A stretch of DNA of 64,000 bases from Candidatus Portnoybacteria bacterium RBG_19FT_COMBO_36_7 (lineage in GTDB: Bacteria > Patescibacteriota > Minisyncoccia > Portnoybacterales > GWB1-42-6), in the NCBI GenBank assembly GCA_001819495.1, contig MHMW01000028.1, positions 5,398 to 69,397 of the forward strand, in the 5' to 3' direction. This document shows positions 27,767 to 38,079 of the stretch, piece after piece; position 1 is the stretch's first letter, and every line of letters starts with the position of its first letter. The translations under genes were made by a program, and so were the position numbers. The notes beneath the pieces were generated by a model that made no database searches, had not been told where the DNA came from, and saw only the letters and a program-made list of their open reading frames with translations.

Positions 27767-29095
27767 CTACGGCGCGACTTTCCGCCCAAACGTCCGAAAG
27801 AAAGGAATTGTATCCCGAACATGGGGAATACGTAGAAGCCACCGAATAAATCTTTCAATCCCCATACCAAATCCAATATGGGGGACGCAGCCGTATTGCC
27901 TTAAATCTCGTAACCACTCATATTGAGGATTGCCAAGTTTTCCTTTTTCTTTCATTCGTTCATCCAGCATCGCCAGATCATGAATCTTTTCTGCTACTCC
28001 CAATATTTCTCCAAATCCTTCGGTTGCTATTAGGTCGGCCGTTTTAGTTACCCTCGGATCGTTTGGGTTAATAACGTACGGGAAAGGTTCTACGCTGCGT
28101 GGGATACCGATTACCCAGAAAGGCTTCTGAAAATGATTTGATAAAAAGGCCTCTTCTTCTGTGCCTAAACTTTTACCAAATTCAAATTCAAATCCATTTC
28201 TCTGAAGCAGCGAAACGGCTTCAGTATAGCTAATGCGATCGTAGGGTGTATCTTTCCCAGCATCGCAAAGTATAGATCCCAAAGTTTTTAATAGTTCTCC
28301 CGCTTCTTCGCAGCAACGCTGGGTGACATCTTTTATAAGACTTTCAACAATATACATGATGTCATCCAGATTACCGAACGCAACCTCTGCTTTTAGATGC
28401 CAATATTCCATTAAATGCCTCTTGCTTTTGCTTTCTTCCCCGCGAAAGCTAGGCCCAATGTTATATACTTTCTCAAAAGCATGAACTGCGCTTTCTAAAT
28501 AGAAACCTACGCACTGGGTCAAAAATATATCCTGATCGTGTACTCTTAACGGAATTGCGGATCGGTCTTCATAAAGCGGTGTTGGGGTTAATACTGGCGC
28601 AGTAATTTCAATGAAACCGTTATTGCGAAACCACTGATGTATTATCCCCATAGCTATGTGTCGAAAACGCAATATCGCCATTAATTTTTCATTGCGCAGA
28701 TAGAAATGGCGATTGTTCATCAACTGCTCTTGGATCTTGGGCTCAAAAATATCAATTTCGCCACGCGGTTGCGGAAATATCTGAATTGTGGCCAAACCAA
28801 TAATCTCTATGCGATCAACAGAAATCTCACGCGCTAATCCTGTTCGTATAATCTTCTTCCTCAAAACGCCCTCTACTTTAATTGATGATTCTGGGGTCAC
28901 TTTTGTTGCCACATCGAAGTCACTTGGAATAACTTTTGCCCTTTCTACTACGGCCTGTATACAACCAGTAGAATCACAAATATCAAGAAATATGACCTTA
29001 CCATGCTTTCTCTTTGCCTTTACCCATCCTAATAATACTATCTTAGTATCTAGATTAACTCTTTCTTTCAAATCTACTATATACAGCTCTTTCAT
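27767..29095 (-). CDS. Divergent asparaginyl-tRNA synthetase-like protein
   Basis: OB fold, RHFYLR, FRGEESKSKRHL.E, PHIGFGMGIER; amino-acid-pocket motifs atypical; SD AGGAGG. Confidence 0.8.
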   Translation of the reverse strand: MKELYIVDLKERVNLDTKIVLLGWVKAKRKHGKVIFLDICDSTGCIQAVVERAKVIPSDFDVATKVTPESSIKVEGVLRKKIIRTGLAREISVDRIEIIGLATIQIFPQPRGEIDIFEPKIQEQLMNNRHFYLRNEKLMAILRFRHIAMGIIHQWFRNNGFIEITAPVLTPTPLYEDRSAIPLRVHDQDIFLTQCVGFYLESAVHAFEKVYNIGPSFRGEESKSKRHLMEYWHLKAEVAFGNLDDIMYIVESLIKDVTQRCCEEAGELLKTLGSILCDAGKDTPYDRISYTEAVSLLQRNGFEFEFGKSLGTEEEAFLSNHFQKPFWVIGIPRSVEPFPYVINPNDPRVTKTADLIATEGFGEILGVAEKIHDLAMLDERMKEKGKLGNPQYEWLRDLRQYGCVPHIGFGMGIERFIRWLLRIPHVRDTIPFFRTFGRKVAP

Positions 29096-29256
29096 GACGT
29101 GCCTCCTTTTATTCATTTTTTAAGAAACTATCAGAATTTTAATCCTCTATAATACTAATTTCATAAAGAATTGTCAATATTTTGTTATGGTTCATTTACC
29201 TATTTAAAATACCTATAGTATAATATAATAAACAGATTAAATCTTAATTAAAACCT

Positions 29257-30795
29257 ATGCCTTCCAAGATTTTTTCAGCCGCTTTAATCGGCCTGGACTG
29301 CCTGCCGATTGAAGTTGAGGTTGATATGTCGCCGGGCCTGCACTGCTACAATATAGTCGGCCTGCCTGACGCGGCTATCAAAGAATCAAAGGAAAGGATT
29401 TCCTCGGCCATCAAGAATTCTGGCGCCTCGCCGCCTCATCATTCAAACAGAAGGGTCACGGTGAACCTTGCGCCGGCGGATCTGAAAAAAGAAGGGCCAA
29501 GCTACGACCTGCCCATTGCCGTGGCTTTTTTAATTGCTTCTGAACAAGTCGCGCCAAAAAATATTGACCTGGAAAAAACTTTATTTCTTGGCGAACTTTC
29601 GCTTGAGGGAAAATTGCGCCATGTCAACGGCGTTCTGGCTGCCGCGCTTATGGCCCGCGAAAAAGGCTTTGCCACTTTATTTGTTCCTCATGAGGATGCG
29701 GCCGAAGCCGCGCTGGTTGAAGGCTTGGAAATTATCGGCGCCGACACTTTAGAAAATCTTTTTTTGCATCTGGAAAAAAAACAAATAATAGAGCCAACGC
29801 CCTTAACAGACATTGCTAAATATTATATAGAAACCGATTCGCCATATGACATGGCCTATGTCAGGGGACAGGAGCATGCCAAGCGCGCTTTGGAAATTGC
29901 CGCGGCCGGCGCCCACAATCTTATAATGTCCGGGCCGCCGGGCGCCGGCAAAACTTTGCTGGCCCGGACAATGCCGACAATCCTGCCTCCCTTATCGCTG
30001 CCAGAATCGCTCCAAGTGACAAAAATTTTCAGTGTGGCTGGCCGGCTGGGAGAAAACAGACCGCTTATCACCCAGCGACCTTTCCGCAGCCCTCATCACA
30101 CGGCTTCTGCTCCGGCCCTGGTCGGAGGCGGCAACCACCCAAAACCCGGCGAAATAACCCTGGCGCACCGGGGCGTTTTGTTTATGGATGAGTTTCCGGA
30201 ATTTCACCGCGACGTTCTGGAAGCCCTGCGCCAGCCCCTGGAAGACGGAGTGGTGACAGTTTCCCGGGCTCAGGGAACGCTCAATTTTCCGGCCCGCTTC
30301 ATTTTGGTAGCGGCCATGAATCCCTGCCCCTGCGGCAACGCTACGAATCCTTTAAAAAACTGCGTCTGCACACCGAATCAAATTTCAAAATATAAGCGCC
30401 GGATTTCCGGCCCCTTAATGGACCGCATCGATCTTCACATAGAAGTGCCGCCGCTAAAATATGAAAAGTTGGCCGGCGAAAAAGTTTCGGAAGAAAGCAG
30501 AGAGGTCAGAAAACGCGTTGAGGGCGCCAGAGAAACACAAAGAGAAAGATTTAAAGAAGAAAGTAATTCTGTCAATTCCGAAATGAGCATCCAGCAGATA
30601 AAAAAATACTGCCAGATTGATTCGACTTCCCAGCAAATCTTAAAAAACGCGGTTAACACCATGCATTTATCCGCCCGCGGCTATCACCGAGTGCTCAAAC
30701 TCTCCCGCACTATTGCCGACCTCGCCGGCCAAATAAATATTCTGCCATCTCATCTGGCCGAAGCGCTGCAGTATCGGGCCAAAGAAGAAATATAA
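29257..30795 (+). CDS. comM: ComM/YifB Mg-chelatase-like AAA ATPase
   Basis: NLAPADLKKEG, GPPGAGKT, FRSPHHT, AMNPCPCG, LSARG. Confidence 0.95.
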   Translation: MPSKIFSAALIGLDCLPIEVEVDMSPGLHCYNIVGLPDAAIKESKERISSAIKNSGASPPHHSNRRVTVNLAPADLKKEGPSYDLPIAVAFLIASEQVAPKNIDLEKTLFLGELSLEGKLRHVNGVLAAALMAREKGFATLFVPHEDAAEAALVEGLEIIGADTLENLFLHLEKKQIIEPTPLTDIAKYYIETDSPYDMAYVRGQEHAKRALEIAAAGAHNLIMSGPPGAGKTLLARTMPTILPPLSLPESLQVTKIFSVAGRLGENRPLITQRPFRSPHHTASAPALVGGGNHPKPGEITLAHRGVLFMDEFPEFHRDVLEALRQPLEDGVVTVSRAQGTLNFPARFILVAAMNPCPCGNATNPLKNCVCTPNQISKYKRRISGPLMDRIDLHIEVPPLKYEKLAGEKVSEESREVRKRVEGARETQRERFKEESNSVNSEMSIQQIKKYCQIDSTSQQILKNAVNTMHLSARGYHRVLKLSRTIADLAGQINILPSHLAEALQYRAKEEI

Positions 30796-30829
30796 ATTAA
30801 AAATTCAAAATCCAAAGTTCAAATGTCAA

Positions 30830-30858
30830 ACTAAAAAGCCCAGAAGGGCTTTTTAGTT
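30830..30858. terminator. Bidirectional terminator
   Basis: AACTAAAAAGCCC-AGAA-GGGCTTTTTAGTT. Confidence 0.85.
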
Positions 30859-30869
30859 TTTTCTCTTTA

Positions 30870-32072
30870 TTAGAAATTTCTCGCCTTGCCGGCCAGAGGA
30901 TTGGTCGCGCCCCTGACCTCAAAATGCAGGTGGCAGCCGGTAGATCGGCCGGTGGTGCCCATCAGCATTATCAGCTGTCCTTGCACAACTTTCTCACCGG
31001 TTTCAACTAAAAGCTTTGAAGCGTGGCCATAAAGAGTGACTACGCCGTTTGGATGCTGAATCTTGATGTATTTGCCGTAGCCGCCGTTATAGCCGACGCC
31101 GTCAGAAAGAGTCACTGTGCCCCCCGCAGCCGCGTATATCGGCGTACCGCAGGTATCAGCGATATCAACTCCGTTTGAAGCGTGAATTCTGCCCCAGCTG
31201 TGGCCGGTGGTCGGAATAATCAGCCAGCCAGCCGGAATAGTTGATTCTGCGTATTTTTTGGTCGGCGTGGTATATTTGGGCGTGGCCGCTGTTGCGGGCA
31301 TTCCGCCGCCCGGGATTATCAGATATTCGCCAACTCCGATCGTGCCTTCCAAAGACAAATCATTGAAAGCGATAATCTCCATTTTATCACCTTTGTATTT
31401 TTTGGCGATGGCATCCAGAGTATCGTTTTTGCCCACCTGCACCCGCACGCCGTTAATCGGCAAAATAATAAGTTCCTGGCCCGGCTTGATAATGCTGTAT
31501 TCGGTCAGGCCGTTAGCCGCCAACAAAGTATCGGTGTTGATGCTAAAACTGATGGCAATTTTTTCCGGATTATCTCCTTCTTTGACGATATATTTCACGA
31601 TTTCGTTTCTGAAGCCCGAAAACATGGCGTTTCCCGAAGGATTGGCCAAGGAAACAACAGAATTATTTTCAACCACCATCATGTCATAATCTTCGTATTG
31701 ATCATCAGCAGTAAAATCTATCTGAGCCTGGGCAATCGGCGCCACCAGCGAACCAAATACCATAGGCCCGCCCAAAACGCCGTTGTCTGACACATTCTGC
31801 AAGGTCTGATCAATTGCGGTGCCTTCCTGAATTTCGCCCTTCACTATTTCGCCGGCCTCTTCCATGAACAGATGGGGCCTTAAGTTTTCATCTTTTGTCC
31901 ATGGTGAGCCATAAAAATCAAGAGTCAAAGCCACAAACAAAATAACGGCCAACGATGCCAGCCATTTGCGCTGCCCCCATATAACGCTAAAAATCACTTG
32001 CCTGAGTGATTTATTTGGGTTTTTTTGCTCTTTGGGGAAGCTTATTTTATTCAGTTTTAGTGGTTTGGACAC
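30870..32072 (-). CDS. LysM/M23 peptidase
   Basis: Two LysM repeats, H..GVD, YGH, GRSTGCHLHFEV. Confidence 0.92.
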   Translation of the reverse strand: MSKPLKLNKISFPKEQKNPNKSLRQVIFSVIWGQRKWLASLAVILFVALTLDFYGSPWTKDENLRPHLFMEEAGEIVKGEIQEGTAIDQTLQNVSDNGVLGGPMVFGSLVAPIAQAQIDFTADDQYEDYDMMVVENNSVVSLANPSGNAMFSGFRNEIVKYIVKEGDNPEKIAISFSINTDTLLAANGLTEYSIIKPGQELIILPINGVRVQVGKNDTLDAIAKKYKGDKMEIIAFNDLSLEGTIGVGEYLIIPGGGMPATAATPKYTTPTKKYAESTIPAGWLIIPTTGHSWGRIHASNGVDIADTCGTPIYAAAGGTVTLSDGVGYNGGYGKYIKIQHPNGVVTLYGHASKLLVETGEKVVQGQLIMLMGTTGRSTGCHLHFEVRGATNPLAGKARNF

Positions 32073-32302
32073 GGTATTTTACTCATCTATAATATCATTT
32101 TTGCCAAAGGACAGTCAAGGAAATCCTCCACAGGCATTCCACAACAATTTCACAGCAAAATTGCGCGGTTTTTAGCCATAGCAGCCGGCCTGGGCGCTGT
32201 TCGCGGCTTTCATCATATGAATGTAAACTTTTTAATTTTGCACTGCCATTTTGATTTTTTCATTTTGAATTTTTAATTTTTGCGCTATACTTAAAAAGTC
32301 TT

Positions 32303-34246
32303 ATGCCCTATATTACCGACCAGCTTAACGAAAAACAAAAAGAGGCGGTTACCACCATTGACGGCCCTCTTTTGATAGTGGCCGGGCCGGGTTCTGGCAA
32401 AACAAAGGTTTTGACGCACCGGATAGCTTATCTTATCCAGCAGAGGGTTGCCCCGCAAAATATTTTAGCTGTTACCTTCACCAACAAGGCCGCCTCTGAA
32501 ATGAAAGAAAGAGTGCAGAAATTGCTGGCGCACAACAAATTTGCCAAGCCTTCAACCCCAGCGCATCTGCCGACGCTTGGCACATTCCATTCTGTCTGCG
32601 CTCGCCTTTTAAGAAATGAAGCAACCTCGCTTGGCTACAAAAAAGACTTTGTCATTTTTGACGACAAAGATTCGCTGGCCATGATAAAAAAAGTAATGGC
32701 CGAGCTTGAGATATCAGCCGACCAATTCAAGCCCGAAACCATCGCCAATATGATCTCGCAGGCCAAAAGCGAGCTCATTGACCAAAAACTGTATCAGGAA
32801 AATTCAGCCGAAGCTTATTATCAGCAGATCGTCGCCAGAGTTTATAACGGGTATCAGGCCAGTCTCAAAAAGAATAACGCAATGGATTTTGACGACCTGA
32901 TAATGCTGGCCAGCAAACTTTTTTTTGAGCAGCCGGAAATCCTGGAAAAATATCAGGACATTTTCAGATATATTCTGGTTGACGAATATCAGGACACCAA
33001 TCACGCCCAGTATGTATTTATCAATCTGCTGGCCAAAAAATACCGCAACATCGGCGCTGTCGGAGATTTTGACCAGTCTATCTATGCTTTCCGGGGCGCG
33101 GATTTCCGCAATATCCTGAATTTTGAAAAAGACTATCCCGACGCCAAAATAATATATCTTGAACAAAATTATCGCTCGACAAAAAACATTCTGGCCGTGG
33201 CCCAGTCAATAATCATCAAAAACAAAAGCCGCAAGGAAAAACAGCTCTGGACAGAGAACAAAGACGGACATCCTATTATTCTGTTTGCCGCCGCAGATGA
33301 AAAAGAAGAAGGCATATTTGTCATCAGGGAAATTGACCGGCTGATCAAAGAACACAGACTTTCTTTCAAGGATTTCACGGTTCTTTATCGCACCAACGCC
33401 CAATCCCGCGCCATTGAAGAATCTTTTCTTAAATTCGGCCTGCCTTACAAGGTTGTCGGCACGGTGAAATTCTACGAAAGAAAAGAGATAAAAGATATCC
33501 TGTCTTATCTCCGGCTTTTACAGAACCCCGATGATATGCTGAGCCTTGAACGCATTGTCAATGTGCCGCCGCGGGGCCTGGGCCGGGCAACAAACATCCA
33601 CGAATTGAACGCCGGCGGCGCCACGTCTTTGGCTTCGGCCACGCCAAAAAAGATGCGGGCCTGGGAAAATTTCAAAAAAATGACGGATGACCTGCGCCAA
33701 ACTTCAAAAATCCTGCCGCTTTCACAAACCCTAAAACAAATCATCGGCCGCACGGAATTTGAAAAATATCTGCGCGACGGCACCGAAGAAGGGGAGATGC
33801 GCTGGGAGAACGTCAAAGAGCTTTTTACCGTTACCAAAAAATACGATGTGCTTGCACCAAAAGAGGGAATCTCCAGCCTGCTGGAAGAAGTCGCCTTGCT
33901 TTCAAATCACGATGAAGTTGAAACCAAAACAGACGTCGTCAACCTGATGACTCTGCATTGCGCCAAAGGGCTTGAATTTCCGGCTGTCTTTATCGTCGGG
34001 TGCGAAGAAGGGCTTTTCCCGCATTCCCGCTCTCTGCTGGACGCCTGGGAAATGGAAGAAGAAAGGCGTCTCTGCTATGTGGGACTGACCCGCGCCAAAC
34101 AATTTCTGTATCTGTCCTGGGCGAGCCAACGAAATCTTTACGGCTCAATCCAGGTTAACCCGCCGTCGCGTTTTCTCTTTGATATCCCCAAAAACCTGAT
34201 CAATTTACAGGGAGAACAAGGAGGATTGGAGGAATATGATTTTTAA
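32303..34246 (+). CDS. pcrA: UvrD/PcrA DNA helicase
   Basis: AGPGSGKT, VDEYQDTN, QNYRS, TLHCAKGLEF, EERRLCYV. Confidence 0.95.
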   Translation: MPYITDQLNEKQKEAVTTIDGPLLIVAGPGSGKTKVLTHRIAYLIQQRVAPQNILAVTFTNKAASEMKERVQKLLAHNKFAKPSTPAHLPTLGTFHSVCARLLRNEATSLGYKKDFVIFDDKDSLAMIKKVMAELEISADQFKPETIANMISQAKSELIDQKLYQENSAEAYYQQIVARVYNGYQASLKKNNAMDFDDLIMLASKLFFEQPEILEKYQDIFRYILVDEYQDTNHAQYVFINLLAKKYRNIGAVGDFDQSIYAFRGADFRNILNFEKDYPDAKIIYLEQNYRSTKNILAVAQSIIIKNKSRKEKQLWTENKDGHPIILFAAADEKEEGIFVIREIDRLIKEHRLSFKDFTVLYRTNAQSRAIEESFLKFGLPYKVVGTVKFYERKEIKDILSYLRLLQNPDDMLSLERIVNVPPRGLGRATNIHELNAGGATSLASATPKKMRAWENFKKMTDDLRQTSKILPLSQTLKQIIGRTEFEKYLRDGTEEGEMRWENVKELFTVTKKYDVLAPKEGISSLLEEVALLSNHDEVETKTDVVNLMTLHCAKGLEFPAVFIVGCEEGLFPHSRSLLDAWEMEEERRLCYVGLTRAKQFLYLSWASQRNLYGSIQVNPPSRFLFDIPKNLINLQGEQGGLEEYDF

Positions 34247-34316
34247 TAAATTTTTAATCTCTAATTTTTAATTTTATAAATAATTTCTTAATTTTTAAAT
34301 GTTTAAAATTTAAGAT

Positions 34317-35294
34317 TTGTTTAAAAATTATAAAATTTTGAATCTGTTATCTGTAAAAGATATCAAAGGCCTGTTGCAAAAATATGATGCCGCCCCTCTG
34401 AAACGCATGGGGCAGAATTTTTTAATCAACCGCGGCGTATTGGAAAAAATAATTGAGGCGGCGGATCTGGACAAAAAAGATATTGTCCTTGAAATCGGGC
34501 CGGGCTTGGGCACCTTGACCCAAGAGCTGGCCAAACGCGCCAAAAAAGTCATCGCCATAGAAAAAGACAGAAAATTCGCCCAAATCCTGAAAGAAACGCT
34601 GAAACAATATAAGAATGTGAAGATAATTCAGGGGGACGTTCTTGAATTTCCAATTTCCAATTTCCAATTTCCAATTAAATTTCAAATTTCAAATTTCAAA
34701 TTTCCAAAAAAATATAAATTAATAGCAAATTTGCCCTATAATATCGCTTCGGCTGTTATCAGAAGATTCTTGGAAACAGAAAATACGCCACAGGAAATGA
34801 TTGTAATGGTCCAAAAGGAAGTTGCCCAGAGAATTTGCGCCTGCCCGCCATCGCTGCGCTCAGGCGCTAGCAGGCGGGCCTCGCCCGTCCGAAGCTCCGC
34901 TAAACGTAGCGAAGGAGGGCAAACCGCCCGCATGTCTCTTTTGGCTGTTTCCGTCCAGTTTTACAGCGAACCAAAAATTATCAGCCATGTTTCAAGGGGC
35001 TCTTTCTGGCCGAGCCCAAAAGTTGATTCGGCTATATTGAAAATAGTTCCCTTTAGCGACCCTGATGCCCGAATACACCCCAATGACCCGAATGCTTTTT
35101 TCAAAATTGTTAAAGCCGGATTTTCCAGCCCGCGCAAGCAGCTGGCTGGCAATTTGAGCAAACGCTTAAAAATAGAGCGCCATATAATAGAAAGAGTGTT
35201 AAAACAAGCGGGGATTGACCCCAGCCGCCGGGCTGAAACACTGAGCATGGAAGAATGGATAAAGATAGTCAAATATCTAATTCCCAATATCTAA
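34317..35294 (+). CDS. rsmA: 16S rRNA dimethyltransferase with three in-frame repeat-derived insertions
   Basis: GQNFL, EIGPGLG, ANLPYNI, VQKEVA, PKVDSA, RRAETLS; start uncertain. Confidence 0.93.
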   Translation: MFKNYKILNLLSVKDIKGLLQKYDAAPLKRMGQNFLINRGVLEKIIEAADLDKKDIVLEIGPGLGTLTQELAKRAKKVIAIEKDRKFAQILKETLKQYKNVKIIQGDVLEFPISNFQFPIKFQISNFKFPKKYKLIANLPYNIASAVIRRFLETENTPQEMIVMVQKEVAQRICACPPSLRSGASRRASPVRSSAKRSEGGQTARMSLLAVSVQFYSEPKIISHVSRGSFWPSPKVDSAILKIVPFSDPDARIHPNDPNAFFKIVKAGFSSPRKQLAGNLSKRLKIERHIIERVLKQAGIDPSRRAETLSMEEWIKIVKYLIPNI

Positions 35295-35402
35295 TTTCCA
35301 ACAAAATTTTAAATGCCTTAATAACTAAAAAGTCTCGCTTCGCGGGACCCGTCTAGTGGCAGGCGAACTGGATTGAAAATTAAAAATTGGTAATTGGTAA
35401 TT
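35272..35402 (+). repeat. Empty heptamer-arm element with GTCYCGC..GCGGGAC core
   Basis: (CTAATTTC/CCAAT)n - AAAGTCTCGCTTCGCGGGAC - (AATTGGT)n. Confidence 0.7.
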
Positions 35403-35411
35403 TTATAGACA

Positions 35412-35467
35412 TGTGGATAACTGATTGAAAATCGGTTATTTTTTTGTGGATAAATATGTAGTATAAT
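35412..35467 (+). promoter_or_regulatory. Two perfect DnaA boxes over a promoter
   Basis: TGTGGATAA at 35412 and 35445; TATAAT at 35462. Confidence 0.6.
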
Positions 35468-35482
35468 AAAATTAACAAAAAG

Positions 35483-36445
35483 ATGTTATCAAATAAACCC
35501 AAAAAATTCAGCGTTTTCGTGGCGGTTTTGATATTATTTTTTGGCGTTTTTTTTGGTGGCTTTTTATTTATCAAATCCAAAAGCGGCTCTGCCAGCATCA
35601 GCGGCCAGATAAGCTATCTTCTTGGCAGCAATACAAATTCAATCGCGCAGGATAAAAATCTTGATTCTGACAGCGACGGCCTGCCCGACTGGCAGGAAAA
35701 AATCTACAAGACCGACCCCAAAAAAGCGGACACTGACGGCGACGGCTACATGGACGGCGAAGAAGTGGCTTCCGGATACGACCCGACCAAAAAAGCGCCC
35801 AATGACGCCTTGCCCGGCACAGACGCAAGCAAAGCGCGGCCCATGCCAAAAAACCTGACCAAGGCCTTAAGCCAAAAGCTTGGCCAGGCAATTTTGAGCG
35901 GCAAAATTGCTTCTTTTAACAAAGAAACTGGCCAGCCCTTGACCGCCAAAGAAATCCAAAGCGAAGAAGGACTGAAACAATTGATTGAAGAAGCTTCCAG
36001 CCAAATGACAGCCGATTTCTCGCTTCCCGACATTCCGAATAAAGAAATAAAAATTTCAATCAGAATCAACGAAAAAGAAACACTGGCTTATCTGGATAAT
36101 CTCGGCCAATGCCTTCATGAAATGCCAAAAAAACCTGAATCGGAACTGCAATTTCTTTACGAAGCAGTCAAGAGCCGCAATTTTTCCAAAGTTAAAGAAA
36201 TCAGCGGCCTTTATGAAGATACTTATAATAAATTAAAGCAGGTAACCGTGCCGCCCAATATGGTTTCGGTGCATAAAAGAATTCTGGGTGTTCTCTGGGC
36301 AACCAATAATATTTACAAGGCGGTTATTAACATTGACCAAGATCCACTCAAAACAACTATCGCTTTTATGAGCTATGAAAACATAGCCAAAAAAACAGAA
36401 AAATTAATCCTGGACATGATAAAGGAAAGAGCAAAGTTTTTCTAA
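35483..36445 (+). CDS. Membrane-anchored protein with bacterial TSP3-like Ca-binding repeats
   Basis: N-terminal TM; DSDSDGLPD..E, DTDGDGYMDGEE. Confidence 0.8.
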   Translation: MLSNKPKKFSVFVAVLILFFGVFFGGFLFIKSKSGSASISGQISYLLGSNTNSIAQDKNLDSDSDGLPDWQEKIYKTDPKKADTDGDGYMDGEEVASGYDPTKKAPNDALPGTDASKARPMPKNLTKALSQKLGQAILSGKIASFNKETGQPLTAKEIQSEEGLKQLIEEASSQMTADFSLPDIPNKEIKISIRINEKETLAYLDNLGQCLHEMPKKPESELQFLYEAVKSRNFSKVKEISGLYEDTYNKLKQVTVPPNMVSVHKRILGVLWATNNIYKAVINIDQDPLKTTIAFMSYENIAKKTEKLILDMIKERAKFF

Positions 36446-36469
36446 AAATAAATTATCATTCAGCCATAA

Positions 36470-38023
36470 ATGATGAAATTTCCAAATAATCACAAAAAAT
36501 CCATTGCCGCTTTCCTGATTTTATTTGCGCTCCTGGCGCTGGCCGGCGGCCTTCTTATTCCCCAAAAACCGGCCAAAGCGCTCAACGCCACATTAGTGCA
36601 GCAGATTATTCAATTTATAATGGATAAGGTAAGCTGGGCAAAGGATTACGCAAAACAGCTGGAGCAGGAACTCTCGCTTAGCACAGTTGAAGAAATACAG
36701 GAGTGGTTTAAAGACGACACTCTTGAGCGCCGCGACCAGAGAGAATCATGGAATGAGGAAAGAAAAGAGCTGCTTGATGAACTGGTCAATGACGTGCTGG
36801 ACAATATGAAAGATATGGGAGACGGTGAACCGGCTTTTGTTGATCCATGGGCAGATTATCTCCAGGAAAAAACCCAAAAATATTTTGATGATTTTGTTGA
36901 AAACGAATTAGAACAGGCCGAAATATGCGAAACTTTTGAATCAGAGATCAAGGAATCGATTAAGGCCGGCAACGAACCATCTTATACGGAGCAGGCGGCA
37001 TCTAAAATAAGCAATCCTCAGGCGCTGTTGGATGGCGGCAGCCAGACTTTTTGGGACGATTATCTTGCAATGATTATGCCTTCGGGTAATCCTTTTGGTT
37101 CTTATATGATCGCCTCGGACGCAAAATTAGAACAAGAAGGCCTTGGCTATACAGCTGAAATATTTAAATTAACTGCCAACCAGGGTTTCCGCGGCACAGA
37201 AGAAACACCCGGCATAATCCAATCCTATGCGGCCCAGCGGGCCAGCATGATGGACCTTGATTATCTCCTAAATTCTGACGAGCTTGAAACATATTTTGGC
37301 TCGGTGGCTGACGCTTTCATCAACCGGATTTTCAGCGAGGGTTTAGAAGAAATGGAAACAGACGAATATGAACAGACCGAGCCGCCGCCTGATTATCCTC
37401 CTCAGGTAGACCCTGAAAAAGAAACCGTAACCTCTGTTGAATCTGATATCCCGCTTAAAAATGCTCTTGACCAAGCTCTAAAAGAAGCTATGACTCAGCT
37501 TGAAGATCTGCTTAGCGTGCAGCAGGAGAATTTAGAAGTGCTTCAATCAATTCAAGCTCTTCAAATTGAATGCGGCATCTCCACGCAAAACTCAACTGAA
37601 GAGATTAATTATATTAACGGGGCAATTGCCGAAACACAAAATATTATAGACTCAATCCAGCAGGCAATTGATGATTTTAATGCTTTAATCCCAATAATGG
37701 AAGATGTCTTGGATGCCTACGAATCAGGCGATCAAGATGCAATAGACTCGGCCTTAGCCGCTTATAACCAAGCTTATCCAGTCCTGATTTCAGACGTCAA
37801 CCAGATTACCGGCGAATCATCCGACGACTTCGCCAGCATGATTGAAAATCTTGGCAATTTTATAAGCGATACTATGGATCAATTAAATATATATCTGGAA
37901 CGCCTCGGCACTGAATCGGGCTCCATCTGCAGAGTTAATCTATATCTCAATAATCTTTATGCGTGGCTCCAATGCCTCAACGTCTGCTGCGCTGATATGT
38001 GTGATCCGGGGTTTATATTTTAA
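36470..38023 (+). CDS. Secreted acidic helical protein of the T4SS-like cluster
   Basis: Signal peptide (PAKA), coiled coils, Cys-rich end. Confidence 0.65.
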   Translation: MMKFPNNHKKSIAAFLILFALLALAGGLLIPQKPAKALNATLVQQIIQFIMDKVSWAKDYAKQLEQELSLSTVEEIQEWFKDDTLERRDQRESWNEERKELLDELVNDVLDNMKDMGDGEPAFVDPWADYLQEKTQKYFDDFVENELEQAEICETFESEIKESIKAGNEPSYTEQAASKISNPQALLDGGSQTFWDDYLAMIMPSGNPFGSYMIASDAKLEQEGLGYTAEIFKLTANQGFRGTEETPGIIQSYAAQRASMMDLDYLLNSDELETYFGSVADAFINRIFSEGLEEMETDEYEQTEPPPDYPPQVDPEKETVTSVESDIPLKNALDQALKEAMTQLEDLLSVQQENLEVLQSIQALQIECGISTQNSTEEINYINGAIAETQNIIDSIQQAIDDFNALIPIMEDVLDAYESGDQDAIDSALAAYNQAYPVLISDVNQITGESSDDFASMIENLGNFISDTMDQLNIYLERLGTESGSICRVNLYLNNLYAWLQCLNVCCADMCDPGFIF

Positions 38024-38079
38024 TCGTTAAAACCGAACATCTGAAAAACTTTTTCAAGAAAAACAGAAAAACTCTCTTA

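Noticed and set aside
3700-29200. Classical integron, prophage or IS-bounded island
   Set aside because: No tyrosine or serine recombinase, transposase or phage structural gene recognised, and no consistent attC-like sites seen
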